Made by a program: the position numbers and the translations under genes
Notes under the pieces: model-generated
Told to the model about the DNA's origin: nothing
Databases searched by the model: none
What the model saw: only the letters and a program-made list of their open reading frames with translations
Part shown: positions 40,495-52,400 of the stretch, piece after piece
Layout of the letters: each line of letters starts with the position of its first letter
How positions within the stretch are numbered: position 1 is the first letter of the stretch
DNA from: Paragordius varius
Lineage: Eukaryota; Animalia; Nematomorpha
Direction of reading: 5' to 3'
Assembly: GCA_964247055.1 (NCBI GenBank)
Contig: OZ176054.1
Location: 11,532,001 to 11,596,000, forward strand
Length of the DNA stretch: 64,000 bases

Positions 40495-43400
40495 ATGAAA
40501 TTTTGTTGTCCAAAACTTCCACATTATGTAATCGAAATCAAAACAAAAGTCCAATTAGCCAGCTTACGGATCGTGAAAAAATCATATCCTTTTTATGTCT
40601 ATAACTATCAAACAAATTATAATTTAAATTTATATAAGTTTGAATTTGTAAAATATTTTATTTAAATAATATGTCACGCGAAAAAATCGTTTAACTTTTG
40701 TGATTTATTACCATATAATTTTTAAACTTTTTTTTTATCCAAAAATTTAACTGGTGGTTTTTTACCAGTTTAAAGAATTAATCATGCGTTGAATACTTTC
40801 TTTTGTGTGACTGTAATTAATTGGAAATTGGTTGCTAAAACTAATTCTACATCAAATAATTACTTATTTAATTTTAATTATTTTTTACCACTGTTTAAGT
40901 CTAACTTTGAGATTTTTTTCAGTTCTTGTACTAAATTACTTGACGATTTTCCCCAATAACACGCGAAACATTTTAAAAAAATTACCTATAATTTTAAAAG
41001 GATATTCTATCTTGCACTTGTATATATTTACACTTTAACACTTCGATTCAATGTATTTAAATACCAGACTAAATTTGAATTAGGATTTATAAAAAAAATA
41101 CTGAAGGAAACGGTCCCAATTTAAATTTATGCTTCTAACCCTATAAAAATTATACAAACATGCCAAAATATCTAATTTTATTTTGTTTTAAAAAAATTTT
41201 CCATGTCAAACAGACGCCATTTTTATTTTACAAAATTTTCGCAAAATATCGTCTTCATCTAATTTTAAGGGTAAAATTAAAGCTAATTTTTTATTTAAAT
41301 TACATCTAACATTGATAAAAATAGAAAAAGCGGTTTATTTTGTATTATCTTTCAATTTTACCATTGCACACATGTATGGCTAAATTTTTACCTTTCGATT
41401 TTAGCTTAAAATTAGTAAAGTTTAGTATTTTTGAATAAAATTATTTATATATTTGGGTATATTAATGTTATATAAGTGAAAAATTTTGCATTGGTTTCGA
41501 TTCCTTCCATATTTTTCTTGAAATTTAATTTTAAACAGGCCTGGGGTATTTAACTACCCCTTGAATCAAAGGACTAAAATGAATGTGTTGCCAAGTGTTA
41601 AATCAGAGTGGTTCCCACCTTTTTTTGTTCATGCACCACCAAATTGAAAATATTCTTGCGAGCCCACCTCTATCCAAGATAAAATTGTATATAATATAAT
41701 ATTATAAATCCGAATTAATATGATCCTTATATCTGCATTTTTTGAACTATTTTTCCATATCGGTGACAGATCTAGATAACTCGCATCAATAATCCTTTAT
41801 AGTTTTATTTTTTAATCCAATTTTTTCGCGCCCCCCTTTTGGGAACTATTCTTTTAAATATTACCGTTTCTTGGGCTATAGGCAGTCAGAGAAAAATGTT
41901 TAATAAAGGATTTGATTTCATTTCATCAAGAATGAAGGATTCACAACTGATGATTACAATAAAAATATTTAACCTTAAGTATAATAAAAGTTATTTTAAA
42001 TGGCTTACTCCAATATTATACAACATAAAAATACGGGCGTAAGAGTTGAAAAAGTAAATGCTATGCGTTTAGACGTATATGCCCTTTATATGACAAATAG
42101 TTTTTTAAGAATGGCTTTCAGGCTTTTAATAATAAAGATTTCCGGCATATTTATCATATATATTAATACTACCTTTTTATTTTGGGAAAAAACCTTAACT
42201 CAATAACCCATCACTAAATAATTTACATGGTTCGAGAAATTAAGCATTACAATAATCGTAATCAATTGCATAACTTTGGGTATGTACCAACCGTGTAAAG
42301 ATGTTCAATGCCTTTCCACCCGATGCAAACTTTTAACTTTTTGTGATCATGGTATATTTGCCTTTTTCACCCTTGAAATGATAATAAAAATGATTGCTTA
42401 CGGCGTGTTTGGAAAACAGGGCTATTTATCGGAAAGTTGGAACCGTCTCGATTTTTTCATCGTATTAGCCGGGTACACAATTGTTATATAAATTTTATTT
42501 ACAGTTTGAATAAACGATATACATTACTAGTTTTTCCTTATATATTGCTAGATAGCATATACAGTAAAGAGCTTAATTATTGGTGACTAACAAGAAAAAG
42601 TGAGAAAAATATAACTTTTAGCCATTTTTTTACTCTATGTGCTATCTGGCAATAATTAATAAAAAATCTAGCAATATAACTCATGTTTTTAATTATTCTT
42701 AACGATATATTTACCAATATTTTTTGGAAAAATGGGTAAATCCATGCAATATTTTTTTTACATCAGAACTATAGAATATATTTCGGATTCGGAAAGCATA
42801 AATTTATCAGCCATTCGGACAGTTCGAGTTCTCCGTCCTCTCCGGGCTATCAATCGTATTCCCAGTAAGACTATATAATAAAATGAGTTATGTTAGTTTT
42901 TTCTTCGTTAAACAAATGTATAAATTTAAATATTATTGACAATTATATATAGGTATGAGAATATTAGTTACCCTGCTCTTAGACACTTTGCCTATGCTGG
43001 GAAATGTGATGTTTTTATGTTTTTTCGTTTTCTTCATATTTGGAATCGTGGGCGTACAGCTTTGGGCTGGAATTTTGCGGAATCGATGTTTTCTAAACCT
43101 CCCGCACAACATTTCTCAAAGCAGGTAAAGGATGAATTATATTTTAAATTGATTGCAAGGAGATAATATTTTTTTGAGGAACAAGTAAACATCAAGGGAG
43201 TTATTTAGGCATGGGTGGTTAGTTAATTTTTTTCTAACACTAATTAAAATTATAAATGTGGCAAAACTACCAATTCGCCGAAGATCATCGGCGCTATTTT
43301 TGTATCATATATTTTTAAAATTGGAAGTATTTTTGGGGGGCGGGTTTCATATTTGGGATTTATAATTTTACCATTATCACATTTAATGATTTCGTTGATA

Positions 43401-46400
43401 TAGTTGGAAGTTAAACAGCTGTGTATAAATTCTATAGGCAAAATTTGTTTTTGCAAGCATCCTATACAATATACCTATCATAGTGTTTTTAATAATCAAT
43501 GTTAAATGAAAAATAACTTGACCAATGTCATTGACCATAATGTAAACGAGGGTAGAATAGGGCGTTTTTTGAATTTATATGCTTTGCCTTGGCAGAATAA
43601 ATTTAACGATGAAAAATATGACATTAAAGTAATGAGCACCATTTTTATAAATGAACCAATATATAATCAGCGCCTGTTTGTGAGTTTTAGCCCTACCATA
43701 TGTAATATCGTCGTTTTCCTTATATACAAGTCTATGACTTCCTTAATTAATATTGGCTAAAAGTAGTGTATTAATATCCTCAATAAGTTTTTGTTTTTTT
43801 TTGAAATGAACCGCCAGGGTATACCCAAAAAGAAGTATAGGCCATTACTATTATATAATGGTTATTATCTTTAGTCTAGCGCATTTGAGTAGCCCCGATA
43901 AAAGTCATAACCGATAAAACGACCATGGCGCACTTTTTTGGAAAACAAAGGCTTTTAAATATAGTCAGATAATATTTTATTGTAGAAGTCTATATTCGAT
44001 ATACCACTGGTTCTAGTGCATTGATTGCGTTAATAGCTATTTTTTGAAAAGGCATGAGTACATTATTTAACTATTGGGATTAGCGGTATTCATCCAACAG
44101 ATTTAAAGTCGATCCTAAAAATTAAAATTTCTTTAAATCATGGCTTGGCATACCCACATTTGATTTTAAATATTATTAGCCACTATAATGTCTATGTCGC
44201 GATTGTGATTACTGCGCTTAGAGGCAAGAGTGAAAATGTTACAGTAAGCTAAATTAAAATAGCAGGCTTCCAATTAATCGCTTATGTCATAATTTATTTT
44301 TTGGATAGAAAATTTATAATTTTATAAAAGATTCTAAATTTTTAATAATAATTCAAAAAATTTGACGGAAGTCAAATTAAGAAATATATTTTCGCTACAT
44401 TCTCTATCATCGTTTAAAATCTGAGGATAAGTTTTATTTTTATCGTATTTGCAAGGCGTCCTCAATTGTCACAATTTTACGAGATGGAAGGGGGAGAAGG
44501 CGAATTTATTTGCAGTTTACCTGGTGGTCATGGTATGAAATATTGCAAAGATGTCCCAACACTAAGGTTTAAATTTTTTATAAATATAACAACTGTTCTT
44601 TCATAGGTTATAAAAAGGAACATAGTTCATTTTACGCACATTTTTAATCATAGAATACGGAATCGGGAATGTAATCTTTCAGCGTTTTCAAATATCAACT
44701 CTTTACCTACTTCTTCCAATACAAGCAACAATACATTGTTTTTTAATCAAACTATCTCGCCTGGCACGTGTATTAATTGGAATCAATATTACAATGTATG
44801 CAAGGCAAGTGCATTTAATCCCTATGGAGGTGCTTTATCTTTTGACCATATTGGATTGGCTTGGATAGCAATTTTTCTGGTAATTAAAATTTCTTGATTA
44901 TAATGTAACAGTAATTAAATCTGACAGTTTTCTCCTTTTTGAATCCAAATTAAAGATCTTACCTCTGAATATTGAACAACAATCTTTCCAAAATTAAATA
45001 TTTATTGAAATTACTTAGGTCATTAGTTTGGAGGGTTGGACCGACATCATGTATTACATACAAGATGCTCATTCATTTTGGGATTGGATATACTTTGTAA
45101 TGCTCATTATCCTTGGCTCCTTTTTTATGGTTAATTTGTGTTTAGTAGTGATTGCTACACAATTTTCTGAGACCAAGAGGCGTGAACTTGCTAAAATGCG
45201 GGTCGAACGCCGTGAAATGAGACATTCTGTCAGTTCCTTAACGATGGCTAGCGCTGGGGAGCCTAAGAGTTGTTATGTTGAAATACTAAAGTACATTGCA
45301 CATTTATATCGTAAAACTAAACGGGAGTTGATTAAATGGGCCAAAACTCTACAAACTTGTATTATTGTTCAACGCGAAAGACATAGAAAACGTAAACTTC
45401 GCCGGTGTTTAAAGAAATCGCCTACGGATGCGAGTACTATAACAACGCCCCTAGATGGGTGCAATTATCAATTGGCCCAATTTGATGAACCGCAAATTCT
45501 TTTAACAGAATCCACACCACTAGCCACAAATAAAAATGGCCAAAATCTGAAAATGGCATCCAAGTAATATAATTTTGTACTACCTTTATACTTTTTGCAC
45601 ATAACAAGGTATGAAGTCCAAAACCCTGCATTTGGTTTAAATATCCATACTAATTCCCAACTCCCCATTGTGGATTTTCTTAAAGTATCTCATATTTTAT
45701 TTAAAAAATTGGCTATTGAATTGTTTCTATGTTAATTGTCCCTTAATAAAGGTTGATGAGCCCGCTCCAGTTGCAAGCCCCGAGCCATCTGACATTGATG
45801 GCAAATTGTCGCCACGATATTCATTCCCACATATCGTAATACTATTTTAATAATTATATTTATTTTTATGCTATTAGGATTATGGAAGAGATAATAAAAA
45901 TATTTCTACAAACAATGAAAAATATGAAAAAGAATATTTAAATTCATCGCTAATACCTCGTCAAAATTATGAAGTAAGTCAATCTTATATATATATATTA
46001 TAAACAGTAATAATTTCTTAGGAAGTATGATGGTTTGTTTAAAAGCTGATGTTTGGGTAAATACGGTCTTAGTAGTAATGTAAATTGGCTCGACAGTTAA
46101 ACAAATAACAATTAAAGCGACAAAATAGATGCATAAAATGATTGTAGCCCGTAAGGCGCCCAAAGAAAGGCCATTATTTTATGATGTATCATTTACGATT
46201 CAAATTCACCCTTGGAACGATTCAAATTCATCCTAAAATAAATTAGCAATTTTCGGGCTTATATATCTCATCATTTAAATTAAATATATTCTTATGGCAT
46301 AATTTATTATTTATTCAGTATTATATTAATTTGAAGCAAAATTTTATTTTTTAAAAATATTAAAAATATAACTAATTTTTAATCTTAAAAAACCAATTTA

Positions 46401-49400
46401 TATTAGCGTGAATTTGAATTGTTCGAGGGTAATTCGGACTTTAAATGATATAATATAGCTAATAATTGCTATGTCTAGTCTATTTTAAAATTTTTTATTG
46501 GATGCACCTTGGACTCTTTTTTACAAAAAGGGATCTATCAAAAAATCAATCAAAATATATTTTATGCTGTATAATTTAAATATATTTTATGTCAAGACTT
46601 TAATATTCTAGCAATCAACACCATTATCATAAAAGCATAAGACTAAAAACACACACTTTTAACGGGTTTATTTCATATAGTAACTAAAATCAGTAGTTTA
46701 TTTAATATGTTAAAATAATTATCGCATCGTCTTGACTTTTACAATTATATTGAGAACTTAGGATTTATTTAATGCAAACATTTTTGAAGGGTAATTTATA
46801 AATATTTACAAATAATTTTTGAACCATTATGGTGTTATTGAAAATCAATCATAATGTAAAAAACTGTGATTTTTGTTTGAGTAATTATAATGCTAATTCC
46901 TTTAACCCTCAAAAAGACATAAAAACCATTTTCACCAGTAGTTCCAAGATAATTAAAACTTATATTTAAAAAATATATCCATTTTTTGTGTTAATATAGT
47001 CGAAATCCATTACAAAACACAATAAGGAAAGGAAAAAAACAGTTGATAAACCAAAATTCCTTAAGTTGTGTATATGGTCCACAAAAATCCGCACCGCCAT
47101 TCATAAATTGGTGGAGTCTCAATATTTTCAAAGAACAATTTTAGTCGCTATCCTTATCAATACACTAAGCATGGGCATCGAGTATCACAACCAAGTTAAA
47201 ATATTAATAATAACAAATTTTTACAAAAAATAAATGCGGATTATTAAAAAATTTTTCGATTTTAGCCAGACACTTTGACAACCGTGCTGGAATATACAAA
47301 TATAATGTTCACTCTCTTGTTTGCTGGGGAAATGTGCCTTAAAATACTGGCCTATGGTTTATTGGATTACATCAAGGATGGTTTTAACGTATTCGATGCC
47401 CTTATTGTCATTATTAGGTATTTTTAGTCCCATGAAATTATTAATTCGACATTTTATATTTTTTCACAAAATGTTCTTATTTATTATATAAAGTGTTGCT
47501 GAACTCTTTCAAGCAAATAAAAGCAGTGGTTTATCTGTCCTGCGAACCTTCAGACTTCTAAGGATTTTAAAGTTGATTCGATTTATGCCAGCTCTGAAGA
47601 GACAACTTATAGTCATGATTCGTATAATGGACAATGTAGCCACATTTTTCATGCTCCTCATATTGTTCATCTTTATTTTTAGGTATTATCAGATTTTCTT
47701 TTAAAATTTAAAGACTTTTTTTAACATATAAATTAAATTTTGGTATATTTAGTATATTGGGCATGAATTTATTTGGCTGCAAATTTTGCGAACAATTTGA
47801 GGACGGTCGGCAGGAGTGTGATCGTAAAAATTTTGATAGTCTACTGTGGTCTATAGTTACTGTTTTCCAAGTTTTAACATATTTTTAATTCATAACTTTT
47901 ATTGATTATTTTATTTATCTTTCTAAAACGATAAAAACCCTTTTATCAATAGATACTAACTCAAGAAGATTGGAATGTTGTGCTATTTAATGGAATGAAT
48001 AAAACATCCGCGTGGGCTTCCTTATATTTCATAGCATTAATGACATTTGGAAATTATGTTCTGTTCAATCTTTTGGTTGCTATTTTGGTGGAAGGCTTTC
48101 AGGGGGTAAGATTGATTAATACATTCAATCAGTATATAAAAACAAATTTATATCACTTTTTATTTCTTAAAAATTGTCGCATCTTTCATCTGTTATATAT
48201 ATTTTTTGATTAGACTTAAAAAATATTTTTTTACGCATTCAAAACCGACATAACCATTACTAAAAAACGGAATAACCCATTAAAAACTGTTTCTATAACA
48301 GTTAATGGCTCCTTCCTAAAAAATAATGAGAGATTGAGTAATTTAATCCATCTCAAAATAATTCTTTGTGGTAAATAATATATTTAAAAAATCACGATTG
48401 CATAATTAATATTATCAAATGTTTATGTATTGCCGATTCAAAATTAAATGTAAATAAGCTTGCTCAAGGCTCTCCCATATTTTCATCTCACTTTTTAATT
48501 TATAAGATTTTTGAATTTTAAGCCGCAAAATTCGTGGCTTTTAATTTTTCCATGTCCAACTTTAAGCCATACGAACCATTTAAGACGGCATTCCTCTAAA
48601 TGTCTGGTTCAAGGCTCATCACATGGTCTTTGGTATTACTCAAATACTAGAAAATATTATTTAAATATAAAACAAATTTTAGGATGATCAAAGCAGTTGT
48701 TCAGGCGATGATGCGCTAAAGAAAAAAGGTATTGTTTTCTTTATATTATAATTTTTAGATTTACAATATCTAGATTTGGCTGAAACTCATTCACCCAAAG
48801 GTAATGAATTGTTTTTTAAATACCTGGTAAATATCTACTTTAAAATTGGCCATTTTTATAAATGCGGGGTTTACTGCCTTATTTTATTTCCTTTACTATA
48901 TGTTACAGGTATAGTGCCTTATATTTGTATTTTATTTATAATTTAGACTTACATATATTAAAAATTAATCTAAATTTTACAAAAAATAAACTATTATAAT
49001 AGTCAGCTGTAGCACTACAATTTGTTTTTTGCAATTATTTTACTTATACGGCGCTCCCAATTGAATAAAGGCATATAATAAATAGGCAAAAAAACAAGCA
49101 AATCTAATCAGCCAGATGCTCCAATTATCATCCACACAGAGGCAACACCCCTAGGAAGTCCAAAATCATTTAAAAAAGATTATAATAAAAGTGCAGAAGA
49201 TGCATTTAAAAACGAAAGTGATCAAAGTGGTTCTGAAGGTCTTGGTGATGATATTAGTTTACCCTTTTCCCATATATCATCAATAGATTTTATGAGAGAT
49301 CAATTAACTGATAGGCTAACTTTGTTATCTGATACGTCAAAACCCAATCTTAAAGTAACTTCTAATTATTATCCAAGATATGTGTAGGGAACTAAACATA

Positions 49401-52400
49401 ATTTTTTATAGGAGTTCCCAGAGAAAATCTATTCCTCGGAATCATTAGTTATTTTGCATGTGCCAACTACTGCACCAATTTGTAAACAGACATCTTATGA
49501 TAGCACCAAGTTATTTTTTTGTATACCTAGATAAATATTATAAAAGTGCAGGATTTTTGACAGCATAATTTATTGTACAAAAGCAAAAAACCCCAAAACA
49601 CGATTGAAAATAAATCAAGTTTTTCCTGGTAAAAGTAGCATGAAAGCTTTTCAAAGTTAATTATTTCCATTTTCTTACCATAACATACATTTATTGCTTG
49701 TTGCCTTATCGATTTATTTTCAATAAAAAATGGCCGCGAAAAAGTTTGAGATGATGTTTTTTTTAAAAATTGTATAATGCGCCTGAAAGGTTAAAGAAAA
49801 AATATTTTTAAATTTTCCCAAACCTTAGATACTTTTCAATATATTCAAATTCCAAATAGCTCAGGTATATAAAATACCCCAAAAGGTCATGGAGTGTTAA
49901 CATTAATAGATTTTATCAAAAAAAGAAAAAGTTCTTTTCCTAATGTTAGATGCTCATGGCATTGTTCTTTAAATATTGTTTAAGATCTTTACAAAATGCG
50001 ATATCTAATCCTACATCATCATTGGTCAATGGTATGGCTTTGTCACAATTAAGATTAACAACCAACTCCGAACATCTCAAATCTTCCAGTGGTTCTATCA
50101 AAAGCTTTTCTTCCATTTCAAATAATTCTTCCTCACTTAATGCAAGAAGGAACTACTCACAATCAGGTGGCCGAATGTGTGACATTAGTAGCAAAATTAA
50201 TGTAAACCTTGCTAAAAATTATGATAATGTTGTGAAAATACACAATACAAGTTTTTTATCGGTGCCGTCCTCATCTGCTATTACACACAGGGGCCATAAA
50301 CAACCGACAAATAATTTTTCTTCTTCACCCGCGGGTTCAACGCATAGGAGGGGCCGAAGGCCTTCAAGTTCTTTGTTAACGGAAAATCCTGTCTCTCCAG
50401 GTCCTATCCGAAACAATACACCAATTAGCAGCTATCTAACCGATATTAATGCTAGGAATCGAATTTCAACACGGAGACACTCAAAATTTAATGCGTTGTA
50501 TCCTTCGCTTACCACAATAAATCCACTGCCATCCGACCTTAATCTTTCATTGCAATCGGCACCGTGCAAAATAAAAAAGTAAATCATGCTTTTTATATAT
50601 ATAGATGAAAATTTTGTTATCGGATAAAATATTAAATGTTTTTATAAGATAATGTTGCTTTTTAGATATTTTTTAGTTTTATGGTTTATAAAAAAATTAT
50701 CATCTTTAAAAACCAAGGGATTTTATATAAAAAAATATAATTTATTAGCATTTTCCATTTGAATAGATATCCTCTACCTCATTTTCTTGTTCCATTGATG
50801 GAATCATCAGCCGATTTAACAAGCGATAAAAAATATTTACCATTAGATGAGTACTTGAAACATTCGAAAATATTGCAATATGTAAGCATAGACAAAAAAT
50901 ATTTTTTATCTTTTTTGGTTAACCTTGTTTTATATGTTTAGATATCTAATAATCATCCAAAAATATACGATGCACTTAACAAACGTTGGGATTGGTCATT
51001 CTTCTTAATGTCACCCGCTAATAAGTTATTAAGAATTTTATTTGTAATAAATAATTTTTTTCTTCTTATTTGTTTTAATTAATACAAAAGATACAGAAAA
51101 TTTTGTCGAATGTTGGTTGAACTGAAAGCATTTGAATACACAATTTTATTTTTCATTTCACTGAATTGCATTACACTGGCCATGGAACGACCGAATATAC
51201 CACCAAATAGCTTAGTAAAACTTTTATCTATAAACTATTACAAATGAAAATTGCTTTATTGTGTTTTATTCATGTATGTATGCTTAATATGCTAGGAAAG
51301 GCGTTTTCTTACCCAGATAAACTATGTTTTCTCAATCTTATTTGGGTTTGAAATGTCACTTAAACTCATCTCTTACGGGTTGATATTGGGTCCAAATGCC
51401 TATTTTCGTAGCAGTTGGAATATTATGGATGGGACGCTTGTGATCATATCAATCATAGATATCTCTCTAACTTTTACTTCCATCAAGAGTCCAAAAATAT
51501 TTGGTATTCTTCGGGTGCTTAGACTTCTGCGCACTTTAAGACCCCTAAGGTTAGTGTTATAAATAAAATTTTGGATTTAAAAATTGTGTAAATATTAATA
51601 TATCCCATTTAAACCTCAAATTCACCCTTGAACAATTCAAATTCACCCTCCAATTTAAATTCACCTGAACAATCGAAATTTAATTTACCCTAAATAAGTT
51701 ATTGGTTTTCTGGCTAATATAAGACACCATCAATATGAATCATTTCTTTATGGCATAATCTATTATTTTTTCGGTATCATGTTAATTTTAAACAAAATTT
51801 CATTTTTAAAAAAGATAAAAAAAATGTAGATAATTTTTAATAATCAAAAACACATAATTTATTTCAGGAGGAATTCGAATTGTTCGGAGGTGAAGTAGAA
51901 TTGTTTAAGTGTGAATTTGAGCTATAAATGGAATATTTAGGGTAATTAATCGCGCGCCAGGATTAAAATTGGTTGTACAAACGCTAATATCATCTCTCCG
52001 TCCAATCGGAAACATTGTCCTTATATGTTGTACATTTTTCATTATTTTTGGCATTTTGGGTGTACAGGTAACATTACACTGTCATAATTATTCTACCTTT
52101 TTATAAATTAAACTTAATAAATTGCTTTTTTTAAGCTATTCAAAGGCTCTTTTTATTCATGTCACGGGGAAACATCCATGAATGATATTAAAACAAAGAA
52201 GGAATGTTTGTCGGCTAATTCAGCGAATCAATGGAAAAATGCCAAATATAATTTTGACAATTTAGGACAGGTATTTAATTTATATGAAAATGAGCTCAAA
52301 CTAATCTATCAATCAATAAGGACAAAACCGTGATTTTTAAAACGAATACAAAGTTTTTTAACCAATGATGAGGTAATATAGATTCATTAGATGTCATTAA

